From Macrostomum lignano (Eukaryota), in NCBI GenBank assembly GCA_002269645.1, contig NIVC01000271.1, forward strand, positions 124,001 to 188,000: a stretch of 64,000 nt of DNA, read 5' to 3'. Of this stretch, positions 13,378 through 28,100 are shown in pieces. Under the pieces are notes generated by a model. The model had not been told where the DNA came from. It did no database searches and saw only the letters and a list, made by a program, of their open reading frames with translations. Positions within the stretch are counted from its first letter, which is position 1. Every line of letters begins with the position of its first letter. A program made the translations under genes and the position numbers.

Positions 13378-16300
13378 CTAAAACTCAAAAATAGCCACAG
13401 CAGAATCCCAAAACTCGTGTCCATTAGAGTAGCGAGTATGATCTGCCGACTTTAACAAACTTGATCTGAGCTCAATCAGATTAGCTGGCACAGTAAAATC
13501 ATAAGCAGCAACCATACTACTCGGCGATAGGTGAGCAATTCTCGGACACAATTTGTACAGTCGATACCACACCAGCGACGGTTCAACCGAATAGATGCAG
13601 CGTACAGACTCCACAGCTGATAGTCTCAATTCGGCAGGAAGTTTATTTGATAAAAAAGGCGCCAATCCGTTCGATAGCAACAGGTCTAAGCTGCTTAGCT
13701 GCAAACGAGATCTAAAAGTTCAATTTATAATCATAATTAGAACTCTAGTATAAATCCTGGGGTCTGAGAGACTGGCTTTTTAGAAGCATAAATGTTTTAA
13801 GGCTGGGTATTGGAGTACGCACTCCCGAAGGTCTAGGGTATGGGAGAGAAGCTACTGAAGGTCTAGGGTATGGGAGAGAAGCTACTGAAGGTCAGTGGCG
13901 CAACCAGGGGGGGGGGCGGGGGACCGAAAAAAAACCAAAGGGGGGACCAAGCGAATTTTCGCCAAAAACAGAGCCACCCCTCCGCCGCCCCCCCCCCTCC
14001 CGGGACTTTACCCTCAGAATCCCCCTTGAAAAAATTCTGGTTGCGCTACTGCTGAAGGTCTAGGGTATGGGAGAGAAGCTACTGAAGGTCTAGGGTATGG
14101 GAGAGAAGCTACTGAAGGTCTAGGGTATGGGAGAGAAGCTACTGAAGGTCTAGGGTATGGGAGAGAAGCTACTGAAGGTCTAGGGTATGGGAGAGAAACT
14201 ACTGAAGGTCTAGGGTATGGGAGAGAAGCTACTGAAGGTCTAGGGTATGGGAGAGAAACTACTGAAGGTCTAGGGTATGGGAGAGAAGCCCTTGAAGGGC
14301 TGTGGAAAGGAGAAGTAAGAGATTAAAAACGACAGCTTAAAAAGTCGAATAAGACTAATCACCTGACAGCAAGCGGTCCCAGACTGCGTAGTACACTACA
14401 TAGTCGACGAAATTCTTGACTACGCCGACAAACTGCGGGCATCCAAGTGGGAGCCCTGGCCAACGCCGCTGGCAATAAACGCCGGCACAGCGGTCCAATC
14501 ACATCGTCGGCCACTCTGGAGCGTACAAACTCGCCAGATAGGGTGGCAACAGCTAGCACAGTGTTAACCGCTTCTAAAGATACCGAACTATCAATATCTG
14601 TTAGTCGGCTAACTGTCACAGGCCACAAGCTGTGCACTGTTGGCAATAATCGTTCCTGTGCTGGTCCATCATTGTAGGCCATTGCGTAGGCGGCGTAAGT
14701 AAGTCCGGTTAGAGCGCAACGACGAACGTTAGCATCGTCATCGAAATGCGTGAGATGAATTAGTCGATCAATCACTTGTTGACAAAGGCGAGCGTGCAAC
14801 GGCGGTGGCGGTTTTGGCTGCCGAGGATCGTCATCATTGCTATTACTATTGTTGATGTCGTTGGAGGAAGACTCAGAGTCGCCGTGTCGACGTCGCCATC
14901 CAGCGAGCAACTCTCGGACAGCGACAGCTGCTGCCGTTTCCCGCGGCTGACAGTCTTCGGCCGATTTACAAGGCATAGTCAATGCATTGTCTAGCAGATG
15001 CCTTTCCGTATCGATGCCAAACAACCGACACAACGATCGCAGCAGGAAAGCCAACAGTGGTACTAACATTCGATGCAGCCTTTCGTAGTGCCGATCAACG
15101 CGATCGCATAGGCGAACAACTAGAGGCTCAAGAGCCGGCAACACGTCCGCGTTGCAGTGCGCCAGAGCACTGTGCAGCACAGCAAATGGCTCCGGCGTCG
15201 GAGGACCCAGCAGTTTTACTAAACACTGATTAAACACATAGTCAGCATTGGCACCGATTAAATCGTCAATGCTATTATTTTTAGTCGATTGAGCCAATAA
15301 AGTAAGACAACGCAGTGCGGCAGATCGAACTGTGGTGAGCGGGTGAGAACAGGCGGCTAGACAAGCATAGAGACAGTGCATTGGAAGTGTCTGATCGTCG
15401 GAAAAGTGCCGACCTAGTCGACCGACAAGACGAAGAGCAAGTCGACGCGAAGCTGCGGAATCGCGTCGATCGCGAGCGTTTGCTATGCCTAGTTGACCGG
15501 CAGACAAGGAGACAACAGCTAGAGACATTGTCGCTGGAAAATCGCTGGATTCGGAAGCGTTCAAGATAGACAGCGCGGAATCTAGAAGACGCTGTTTTGT
15601 AGCTTCGATTCGAGTGCACCGACTAGCAATGGAGGCTAGAAGGGCGAGATAGCCCAAACGTAGACGTCGCTCAGAGTTGGATGGAGTCGAATTCTGAGAA
15701 ATCGATGCTAAACAATCCAGGGTGGCGTCGACAAGCAGATCACCAGAGTCAACATCGGCCGGCTCACCGGAGAGACGCGTCAACAGCAAGCGTATAGTCT
15801 CAGTCACATCCGCATCAACACCGTCGTCCATTTCGGCGTCATCATCGTCTAAAGCGTCGGCATCTTCAACTAGAGATAGACGAGAAGAATCGGGCGCAAG
15901 GCAATATGCGAGACCACGAATCAACTGCTCCCGGTGACGACTAGATCGAAGACAGAGACGGCCGCTACTTGGACGCACATTGCAACAGCCAGCCAGACCG
16001 TTAAGACAGGCTAGTAGTTCGTCTCTGTTGCCATGACAACTGGAAGAAAGCTGTTCGAGACTATCGCACATACTCAAAGCCACCTGATTAATCTTGCAGC
16101 TCGCCTCCTCATTGCATTCGCTATTGAGAAAACTCATCGCAACCGAGCTGACCCGAGGCTGCTGATCGGCGCACAGCCTGAGCAGTCTGTTGAGCAGTCT
16201 TGGTCGCATAATATCGGCAGCCTCAGTCGATGAGAGCGACGGCAACAGGTGACAAAGAAGTCGACCACATAGCCGACAAATTTCGAGTCGGACGCGCCAA

Positions 16301-17274
16301 TTAGCTTCACTGTCGGGTCGAATAGCGCCTTCAAGCCAGGCGTCCACGCGTTTAGCCGTGGCAACTACAATACTATCGTTAGACGCCATGCCAAGAATAA
16401 GAACTCGGCGTAATACCCGGATAATAGCGCAACGAGATCGGGTGTTTAAACGGATACTGCCAGACAGAACGCCGCCTAGACGACTAACCAATCCAGGCAG
16501 TAGTGGTCGCAGAAATTCTGAGACGGCTTTCTTGCCTGACGTTACAATACTAGCATCTGTAGCTTCCGTGTCACAGAAGTCATCACTATCATTATCTTCA
16601 CGCTCGCCAATGTCGCACAATCGTAGCCGAAGAAGACTGTTCAAACAGGCAGCGCCAGCACAACGATCGTCGGCATCACCAGGATCTACAGCAATGCCTG
16701 CATCAAATGCAAATGTGACTAAATGCGCAAACAATGGCAACTGCTGGCTCGACATTAGCGTAGGAATTTTTGATAGTGGACAAAGTTCAACTGTACTGGA
16801 TATTGCAGAAAGGACTGGTCGACGAAGATGCTCATCTGTTGTTAGGGCATTCTGTTGGCGTTGAATTAGGCTGGATAGTTCACTAAGTATGAGCAGAAGC
16901 TGAGGAACTGGAGGACATTTCTGTTGATGCTCAGCGGACAAGGGTAATTGGCGGCTAAACAAGATGGCAAGAGTTGCTAGCAACTCTGCTAGTTCAGTTG
17001 AAGTCAATCTATCTGAAGCCTGTCTGAGGCAGCGAATCAATGGTAACAATACCAGATCTATGTAGGTGCGACATTGCTCTGGTGTTAATTTTTCAACTAA
17101 TTGATGAAGATGCTGAAGATTTTGTAGACTATCTGGTTTGACAATGACCTCTCGACAGGCATTGCGAAGTTCAACAAATGTAGCAGCTGAAGACAAAGAC
17201 TGACTATTGGTATCATTGTCAGCAACACTGCTTGACAGTGCCACTGCTCCTCTCTTTGTAGACTGGGCAAGCAT
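13378..17274 (-). CDS. TTI1: TELO2-interacting protein 1 homolog (TTT complex, HEAT-repeat), 2 exons, 1081 aa
   Basis: Exons 17274-14363 and 13711-13378 (3246 nt, phase-2 GT-AG intron). Motifs recalled from TTI1: LPGLVS.L..VL.G, WRVRLE...L...LL, NADYVFN, LLP.VH.LWP..V.RL, GEFVRSRV..DV...L and a C-terminal S.EP..VW..L. Length matches the family (about 1.1 kaa). Confidence 0.8.
13826..14300. repeat. 30-bp minisatellite (GAAGGTCTAGGGTATGGGAGAGAAGCTACT)n in the TTI1 intron
   Basis: About 10 copies, interrupted by a MITE. Confidence 0.95.
13893..14051. mobile_element. hAT-family MITE, 159 bp
   Basis: TIR CAGTGGCGCAACCAG / CTGGTTGCGCTACTG (14/15 match). Exact 8-bp TSD CTGAAGGT at 13885-13892 and 14052-14059. 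An 8-bp TSD with CAG termini is characteristic of hAT. Confidence 0.9.
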
Positions 17275-19185
17275 GCATTGGATTTCTTAACAAATTAGCA
17301 AAGAGCATAAAATGAGAAAATGAAGTGCATATAGGATACAAAACCTTTTGTCTAGATCACTTCGTCTGCTTAAAAAATTATATAGACATTTTATCTGATG
17401 AGTCATTTTGTCAGAGTGATTTTAAGGAAATGTAAACAATAAGTGTAATGTTTTTGTTACTTGCTACTTAAAGTAATATAAATATTATAATAATTTGCAA
17501 AAATACAAGTTTAGCTTTAAAGTATTTTATACACACAAAATTTATATAAATTATACAAGGTGTATCTATATACTATATTGGCTAAAATTAATAAAAAAGA
17601 ATTTCAAAATTATCTTAGACATAAAAACAAAAAAATACAAAAAGTTGATAAAAATAATATATTGTTATCTATAATATAGAATTGTTACTAAATATATACA
17701 AGTTTTAACTTTTTATTTTAGAGCAAATTGAGGCTAAGGCTATTAATATATATTCTTTCTTTATAATATAGACTTATATTTTACTTTAAAGCTATTTATT
17801 TAAAAAAAAGTATTTTAATGAATTTAATTCACTACATTACTTAAATTACTTATTTGTTCCAAGATTTCTAGAATAATAAAGTCAAGACTATATAATAATA
17901 TAATATAATATTTATATTATATCATTTTTTGTACATAGATCTAAAATTAAACTTTAAAATATAATAATTAATTATAATATAATTTATAGTAAATAATAAA
18001 TATACTAGCCTATTTAAGATTGATCCTACTTATACTATTTATATTAAGCATATGCATTGCATATAAGATAGCCATGATAATACTAATAGTAATATTGAAA
18101 TTAAGTTACAAAAACAAAAAAATGTTATATTTAAACCTAACCTTAAACGGCTAAAATGAAGCCTAGCTACCCAACTATGAATTTATAACTAGGTCTAGTA
18201 AATATTATTAGAAAAAATAGTAAGGCCTACTTTAGGTTACTTTAAATTCAATAGGGCCTAGGGGCTCTATTGAAACATAGGCCCTACATTAGTACATTAT
18301 AACAAAGCTAAAAAATACATAAAAATAGGTAAAATTACTAAGTTTTATACAAAAAATACAATACTAAGCTTATTAATATTGCTAATTAATAATGACTAGA
18401 AATACTAACTTAACAAATGTCAACAATTCTTATTATAATTTTTATTTGACTTGACTCCTAATCATTAATCATCACAACTTCACAAGTAATTAAAACTTGT
18501 AAATAAACAAGTAGAAAAACCATTGCTATTGGGTTAAAGCAAACCAATGAAAAGCCGGCCTTTAAATATTTACAATACTTTGTTGGGGCACAGGCATAGC
18601 CAATTCAATTTTTTATATTTTAATTATTATACCCTAAAAATAAAAAATTGGGACTAGCAACCATCCAGAAGTGATTGATATAGAAAAAAATATTTACAGA
18701 AACTTAGTTTACTGTAGAACAATTATTATTCATTAAATCTTAGGGAAAAGGAATTAAATCCTTATCCCATTTATCATTGACACATTCTCACATCAATGCG
18801 GTCCTGTCCTGGATCATGTCATATGATTAGGGCAGTGTAGGGGCTTGGAAAACTCAGATTTAAATATTGTTGACACGTAAAAAGAACTGTAGCTGTTAGC
18901 CTTATAAAATTTTAATTTTTTAAATTCACAAACAAAATGTCTTTTTAGTGCTAAAATACCTCTATTAAAGTGTAACTGAAAAAAATATTCGTTTTACTGG
19001 TTATAAAGGCAAAGAACTTTTAATTTTTTGTTTTCCAAGACGGCTAGTGTAAATACAATTCTGCAATCCTTTATTCACTCGTTATAGAATTAAATAAAAT
19101 TCTTTGACAGTATTCACTGTAAGAATTGATTCTTGATTTTTAATAGAACCTTAACTTTGGAACAAAGTAAATCAAAGGCTTAGTT

Positions 19186-22100
19186 ATGTCGCACTGGTTT
19201 CATCGAAATCCACTAAAAGCTACAGCTAAAGTTTCTTTTGATTTAAAAATGGTTGCTTCAAACACTGCAGCTCGACAGTTAACAAGGTTTGTACACTTTA
19301 GTTTATTTTTTCCTTATTTTAGCCTCTATATGTTGTTTATCCTAAATTAAAATCAATTTTTATTTGAAATGCTACAATACCAATGAAGTCCCATTAAAAA
19401 TGAATGACTGTAGCATAGCCATAGGGTATAGGCATAATACAGTAATATTATTGTTGACAAATTACATTACTTACAATGCATACCTTTTATGACAGTTACT
19501 ATTGTCAATTTTTTATATTTGATTTCATTAAGAATTGAAGTAACAAAAATTTATAATGCAAGTTTTATGCTATATGGTGGAATCCAAAAAATTGGGGGCA
19601 AGTTTTATGAAAATTCGTTTTTTGGCAATTTGAAAGCAATAAAGCTATAAAATAAATCTATGTAAGTTTTAAAAAAGTAAAAAAGTCCATAAAAGCACAA
19701 ATTATTTATGTATAGTTTCATTTTTATTAAAATGATTTGTTAAAATGGTAAGTTTAATTACAACCTAAAATGACTCTAATAAGAATAATAGAAAAGCTAT
19801 AATAATGTATTTTATCAACTTAAGGTATCTTATAATGTTACACTCTATAATTCTACAACATATTTAACATTATTTTTAAGGTTTTATTTGTTTATCACTT
19901 TCGTTACTCTTGACAATGTGTATTTTGTAGAGTTCGTTTGCAATAAATTGTATTCTATGTATTATGTAAGTTTGTTATTTAAGCATACAAATTCCCATAA
20001 GGATCGGAAAATTGCATTTTACTCAGCTTCTACTGAAGCAATTTGAAAAGTTCTTTTTTTCCTGCATACACATTGCGGTAATACATGTTTTAGTGTAATT
20101 ATATTGTTATTCGTCGCTTAATAAGCATACAGTAAGCATCTGATTTGGAAGCCAGGTAACACATTAGAATTCCCATAAGGATTAGAAAATTGCATTTTAC
20201 TCAGCTTATACTAAAGCAATTTGGAGAGTTCTTTTTTTCCTGCATACACGCTGCAATGATACATGTTTTAGTGTAATTTCATTGTTATTTATTGCTTATA
20301 AAACATTTGATTTGGATGCCGGGTTCACATTTTGTGGTACCATTTTTTACCCAAATTTTTTAAGTCTAAATATAGGCATATTTCAAACACTAATACTATG
20401 CAAGTTGATATATAAATGAAAGAAAACAACTTAAAGATTATTTTGCAACAAGGAATTAGTGGTATATTTACTTTTAGAGAAAGATATTTGCTGGCAAACT
20501 TTGCACTTTAAATTAGTATGAAATTTTGCGAGTTTATGTGGTTTTGGAAAAACTTTGAAATCCTTAAAAATACTTCATCTTTTTAAATAAAATAAAAAGT
20601 AAAATGCAGATTACTTTCTGTTTTGTAAGTAGTAAAAAATTAGCCTTCTCTAAGGCCTACAAATTTTAAAATTAATTGTTTATTATTGAAAAAAATGAAA
20701 CAAAAAATTGCTAATTGGTCAAATCAGACTTTTAAAATGCTTTTTTATGGTTTTTTCTTATTTATTCAACAATGTAAAGCATGAAAACAATAGTTTTTAT
20801 CCAGAACTATTTTTAAAGACCTATCTGTCTTTCAAAAAGCTTTTTTAGATACATTACCTTCCATCAAATGTCCGCAGATTTGTTTTACCATTTTATCCCA
20901 CGTTTTTGGATTTCGCCATATAGAGTTATAAAATTTTATTATTTTTATTAGGCCCTTATTTCATAGTCTGGATCATGCTGGGTGCACGCCTGAACAAAAA
21001 TTGAATAATTACAAATGTATGCTGAAAAAAATGTTAAGTGCACACCCATTAATGCTGGTGTTGCAACAATAAATGACCTTTTTTGTTGTGACAATAAATG
21101 ACCTTTTAAAAATTGTGTAAAATACCCTTATTAGCAAATAATTTCATTGATTTCTATGCTTTTAGGGATACCATTTACAGTGGAAAAGTGATACATGCAA
21201 AAATTTATTTAAATGTATTTTACAAGCTTGAAAAACTAGAAAGCTTGAAATTTACACTTAAAAATTAACTTTTTCTTTGTTTTCTACTTCACTATAACTC
21301 TTATGCTTAATTCTATAAAGTTCACACCAGGTGTGCACGCATACTATTTTCTCAGGAGTGGTGCATGCCAACTGTGCATGCCTAATTTTGACATGCAAAG
21401 TCAATGTACACCTGAATTTTTGGGCATATACTACATGATCCAGAGTGTGGCAGAAATTTTGCATTTGTATAAATTTGCCCAGGATACAAAAATTGTAGAA
21501 TATATTCCATTTTAGTAAAACCTATAAAGGTACTACCTAGGCAGAGACCAGGCAATTTACAAAGTAAAAAATTGTTAAAGTACATACTCTATGATAAAAG
21601 GCAATTGAACTAGATTTGTGCTTCCTAAAAGCTTTTTTGCAAACTTTGGAAAAGTTTGAAAAGTCATACCAGTAAAAAGGACCAATGGTACATTGACTAT
21701 ACTTAGAGCCTCTTCATATCGCCAGTTTGAAAAATGGAACTGGTTCCAAACTAGTTTGATGCTCTTCATATTGATAGTTCAAAAAACAGAATCAGTTCCA
21801 GAACATGGTTCTGGTTCTGGAATATGGTTCAAGAAATTTTCTCAAACTATTGTCATGTTTACATTTTAATAGTAAAATATATTTGGAATCATCAATTTTT
21901 TTGTTATATAATTATTCCATTTTTGTCATATTTAAGAGGAAACAAAGTCAAAGAATGACAAAATTAATTTTTAAAGACGGTCAAACATAAAATGGGTTCA
22001 AAGCTCCTCATTTCACATTTCAAAACATAAGTTGTGTTACATATAGTAAGCTACACAAAGGGAGGCAAGAATTTTTCATTAGAGTGAAAGCCTTCTTTGC

Positions 22101-25100
22101 CTACTTATCCAGCAGTTTGCAAGACACCTTGCCATTGAGCAATACACTTCTGAGAGACATAGGCTTTCTGCAACTGGATTATTCTGGTAGCAAAGACTAC
22201 CAAACTGATGTTGCAAAGGTTCTCTTGTGGTCTTCCTCAAATTGTGATGCCCTCCTGCTAGAATGGTGCTTGTTTCTGATTGATCAAAGCATTCAACAGT
22301 GGTATTCTAAAGAGCCAGATCTCACCAAGTTCTGGTGAGCACTATATTTATAGCATTGAGCAATATCCACTATTAGCAAAGCTTGCTGCCAGTCCTTTAA
22401 CAGTGCCATGTGGCAATGCAGCAATCGAAAGGGCCTTCAATTTGCTCTCCAACTTGCTAACAAAGGAGTGCATTGGTTTAGGAGAGGATTTAATTAACTC
22501 TAGTTTGCTCCTCATGTTTGGGTGTAACCTAGGGATTCACCCAGCCATTTCTATTGGCCATGCACATGTAAGTCCCTATTGTACAAAATAGTAGTCATGT
22601 GACTACTCAGCCAATAGTGACTATAGTAACTATAGGATATAGTCGATAGCCCTATTACAACTTCTTGTGTTGGCTACAGGAATTAATAGCCCTAGAACAA
22701 AAGAACAAAGTAATAAAAATAAAAAAGATAAATCACCACCTTGTTAGACAAGATACCATCTAAATTACAAGTATCTTATCATTTTTTGACAAATTTAAAC
22801 TCCTTAAAGAAACAAGCAAAAACCTATTGTGAAAGGACCAATTATTGTTTATTAACGGACTATTTATCAACACTGCTTAACCGACATAATAGGCTTATAA
22901 GATCTTATAGACTATGATTTCATTTCAGCAACAGAATTCTTTGCTTTAATTAATTTTTTTTTTCAAAATAACTTTGCACTTTTTCTTAGTGATGCCACTA
23001 ACAAGCGCAACAAGCTGCTGGACATGCTGGCTGACCCAAATCTAAGCGTGTCAATAGTTGAAGAGGCGGCCAATCAGTACCTCAGCCTGCTAGTTGGCTT
23101 CATCCATGGCCCAGAGACTGGCACTGACAGTAGCAAAATTCGGCACGCTTTGAAATTCAAATGGACTGACTCATTGCAGTTGAAAGGCGAGCAACCTGCG
23201 TAAGAGACCTTTTTATGGTGTTATCTAGGTTTCTATTCATCTTATTAGATTGGTCTGTTCATTTTATTTCACTATGCTTCAGTATGCATTGCTAGTCTTC
23301 AACATCCTTAAATATATTGTTCTATTTTCTTTCCTTAAAAAAGCCACAATCCTTCTGAAATGGTCACTACTCACTAAAAAATCGCTCCTAATCCTTCCCA
23401 AAAATCCCTCAGAAATCGTCCCTAATCCTTTCCAATGATCCCTTAAAAGTCGTCCCTAATCCTTTGTCATAATCCGCCAGAAATCGCCCCCAATCCTTTG
23501 TCATAATCCTTCAGAAATCGCCCCAATCCTTTGTCATAATCCTTCAGGAATCGCCCCAATCCTTTGTCATAATCCTTCAGAAATCGCCCCAATCCTTTGT
23601 CATAATCCTTCAGAAATCGCCCCTAATCCTTTGGCATAATCCGTCAGAAATCATCCCTAATCCTTTGCCATAATCTACCAGAAATCGCCCCTTATCCTTT
23701 GGCATAATCCGTCAGAAATCATCCCTAATCCTTTGCCATAATCTACCAGAAATCGCCCCTAATCCTTTGGCATAATCCGTCAGAAATCATCCCTAATCCT
23801 TTGCCATAATCTACCAGAAATCGCCCCTAATCCTTTGGCATAATCCGTCAGAAATCATCCCTAATCCTTTACTATAATCTACCAGAAATCGCCCCTAATC
23901 CTTTGGCATAATCCGTCAGAAATCATCCCTAATCCTTTGCCATAATCTACCAGAAATCGCCCCTAATCCTTTGGCATAATCCGTCAGAAATCATCCCTAA
24001 TCCTTTGCCATAATCTACCAGAAATCGCCCCTAATCCTTTGGCATAATCCGTCAGAAATCATCCCTAATCCTTTGCCATAATCTACCAGAAATCGCCCCT
24101 AATCCTTTGGCATAATCCGTCAGAAATCATCCCTAATCCTTTGCCATAATCTACCAGAAATCGCCCCTAATCCTTTGGCATAATCCGTCAGAAATCATCC
24201 CTAATCCTTTGCCATAATCTACCAGAAATCGCCCCTAATCCTTTGCCATAATCTACCAGAAATCGCCCCTAATCCTTTGCCATAATCTACCAGAAATCGC
24301 CCCTAATCCTTTGGCATAATCCGTCAGAAATCATCCCTAATCCTTTGCCATAATCTACCAGAAATCGCCCCTAATCCTTTGGCATAATCCGTCAGAAATC
24401 ATCCCTAATCCTTTGCCATAATCTACCAGAAATCGCCCCTAATCCTTTGCCATAATCTACCAGAAATCGCCCCTAATCCTTTGGCATAATCCGTCAGAAA
24501 TCATCCCTAATCCTTTGCCATAATCTACCAGAAATCGCCCCTAATCCTTTGCCATAATCTACCAGAAATCACAATATACTAAATCTCTAAGATCTGTCTG
24601 TCTGTCTGTCTGACCGGTATTCCAGTCCACAGCCTGAATGCCTGAACCGATTTTTTTCAAACTTGCTTTATTCAACTCAAAATTCTTGTGAGATTGTGTG
24701 GGTGTAATTGCATTGAAAAATTCGAATGGGAAGTTGGTTAAATATTCGAAAAACGAGTTTTCCCAATGCTTTCAATGGAAAGCTAGAAAAGGTCAAATCT
24801 CACTAACTGAATTTCAATTCATATTAAGATTGCGCCACAACTTTTCTCTGTTCACTGTGTACGCCTCAATACTGGCTGCAATAAGTGAGAGGAAATGCTC
24901 AGTGGCTGCGTGTGTACATTCTGACCCTGGCTGACTGGCGGACTGCATAGACAATTGCTATTTATAGATTTCACTCAATTGTGCATTGGCTCTGCCTGCA
25001 CTCAACCTGTGCACACTGAGCAGCCTATCACTGCTATGTATTTGACTGCAGTGCCGAAGCATATATGGCTGATTTTTGCGCCCTCCCATCAGTAGGCGGA

Positions 25101-28100
25101 ATAGCCGCACTGTAGGCACTAGGACTAGGTTTAGGCTAGGCATAAGGTCCAAGGTTCGAGTCCGCCTCCCCAGCGGATAATTAAAATTAAATAAATTCAT
25201 TTATTAGTAGCTTCTGCCTCGACTATTCTGAACATTTTTTGAATATTTTTTTTGCTACTCGCACAAGCCACTAAGCAAATTTGATTTGATTTGTAAAATC
25301 CTAAGATCCCATTAATTGTTATTATCTAGGTCTATAGAAGTAGATATTACTAAACTGCAGATGATGCTGCTAAACTGCTGAGGTATTGCTAAATGCTGAG
25401 TGGTGCAAGAGATTGCCGATATGTATCGAAAATCGATTAGTGAGCCATAAAATGCTGAGTTAATTTCTACATTGTTGAAAGGATCATTGCAGTAGACGAT
25501 GCTGCTAAACTGCTGAGGTATTGCTAAATGCTGAGTTGCGCAAGACTGCCAATATGTATCGAAAATTGATTAGTGCGCCGTCGTAAATGCTGAGCAAATT
25601 TTTAAATAATTGAAAAGATCATTGCAGTTTGCTGAAAATACTGAGGGGCCAGCTGAGAGAACTGCAGACTGCTGAGGGGATAAATGAGAATTATTAAGGA
25701 AACACTTGCTGACTGCAAATGAATTGACTGCAGACTACTGAGGGTAACTGCAGATTGTTGAAAGGATCATTGCAGACTGCAAAGGGGACAAACTGCAAAC
25801 TGCTGACGTTGGTTAGTTTCTCGAGACTTATGAGCGTATAAGCTGCAAACTGCCGAGTGGATAGCTGCAGACTGCTAGGATAATAATGGCAGACTAGGAT
25901 AATAATGGCAGACTTCTGAGGCGGATATTTAACTGTGAATAATTGTAGCTTGCAGAAGGGACAATTCTGGGTCCCTGAGGGATAAATGAATAATAATAAT
26001 AAAAGTTGTAGAGTGCAAATGAGCTGTATGACTGCAGTCTGTTTTGCGGAATTAGAAGGGATAATTTCAGGTTGTTGTGGGGATAACTGCCAATTTCTGG
26101 GGAGGGTTTAACTTTAAACTTCTGAGGCGATAATAGTAGTCACCTTTTAGCAGTTTGGGAGTGGTGCTAATATAAAGGAGTGGGGGGGGGGCTAATCTGG
26201 GGGATTGGGGCTAATCTGGAGGAAGTAGCGATGCAAATTTTTGCGGAGTAGTGCTAATCTGGGAAGGTGAAACTATCTGGGAAGCGGCGGTAATCTGTGG
26301 AGCGGTGCTAATCTGGGCTGAGTGCTAATTTGGGCTGAGTGCTAATCTGGGCTGAGTGCTAATTTGGGCTGAGTGCTAATCTAGGCTGAGTGCTAATCTG
26401 GGCTGAGTGCTAATCTGGGCTGAGTGCTAATCTAGGCTGAGTGCTAATCTGGGCTGAGTGCTAATCTGGGCTGAGTGCTAATCTGGGCGCAGTGCTAATC
26501 TGGGCTGAGTGCTAATCTGGGCTGAGTGCTAATCTGTGCTGAGTGCTAATCTAGGCTAAGTGCTAATCTGGGCTGAGTGCTAATCTAGGCTGAGTGCTAA
26601 TCTGGGCTGAGTGCTAATCTGGGCTGAGTGCTAATCTGGGCTGAGTGCTAATCTGGGCTGAGTGCTAATCTGGGCGCAGTGCTAATCTGGGCTGAGTGCT
26701 AATTTGGGCTGAGTGCTAATCTAGGCTGAGTGCTAATCTGGGCTGAGTGCTAATCTAGGCTGAGTGCTAATCTGGGCTGAGTGCTAATCTGGGCTGAGTG
26801 CTAATCTAGGCTGAGTGCTAATCTGGGCTGAGTGCTAATCTGGGCTGAGTGCTAATCTGGGCTGAGTGCTAATCTGGGCTGAGTGCTAATCTGGGCTGAG
26901 TGCTAATCTGGGCGCAGTGCTAATCTGGGTGTAGTGCTAATCTGGGGGAAGTGGGGCTAATCTGGGGGTGTGCGGCTAATATGGGGGGAGTATTAGTGAG
27001 AATCACTTCATCTCTTCACTTCACTTCATCTGGGGGAAGTGGGGCTAATCTGGGGGTGTAGGGCTAATATGGGAGAATAGCGCTAATCTGGTGAGGATTT
27101 GAATATAACGAATAAGCATAAAAGAACTATAAATGAATTGACATTGCAAAGTTTCAAACATTAAGAAATGTAACTTTTTAGAACTTTTTAGTCTCAAAAA
27201 ATTGGTGTACAACTGCTTAGAGATTTGCTACTGCAGAACTTCACGGAGATTAGTGAGATTTGCTCAGCGACTGTGCAAAACTGCTTATAGACAAGCGCTA
27301 AACTGCTAAGAAGCCACCCGGAGGGGGGCTAAATGGCTAGTCCATATACTAAAAATGGTCTGTTGGTATGTGTGTGATCGATTTTAGCAAAAACGGCTCA
27401 ACCGATTTTATTCGAACTTGCACCATTCGATTAGAAATTTTTCCGTGACGATACATGCATCGTGGCTAAGAAATTGCTGGATGCTAAAGGGATTAAATAT
27501 TCGAAAAACATGCTTTTTGCAAAGGTCAAGAAAACTTTTCGACTTGAAATGCATTGTAAAAATGCTAGAGAAAAAACTGACTGGTTGAATTCTGATTCTG
27601 AAATAGATTGCATCATCACAATAGGCTTTTTATTTATCGTCTGTGTACTGGCTGAATTTGACACTCAATTGAATTGCGTCACAGCTTTGAGTGTGAAAGC
27701 ATAGTGCAGTACTGAATTTATATTACGTAACCATATTGTTAGCTTTCATAGACACTGGTACTGACTTGCCTAAGAAATTGATTATGTCATAACTGCTTCG
27801 TGTGACTTTTTACTCTACCTGACTTGGTGTGAGTGTTGAATTATATAAGTGGTACAAATTCACTGATAACTTCGATGAGAGCTAGCCTAGAGCTGAGCAG
27901 ACCAGACTGCTATATAATGCAGCGACCTGGGTTCGAATCTAAGTAGTTTAAAAGTAGTAGTGTAAAATTTTTTATTAAACGCTTTTATTAAAGGACTAAA
28001 TAAAAACACTTAGATTACTGCACTCAATAAGCCAAGGATTATTGCTATTAATAAACCAAGGATTACTGCACTCAATAAGCCAAGGATTATTGCTATTAAT

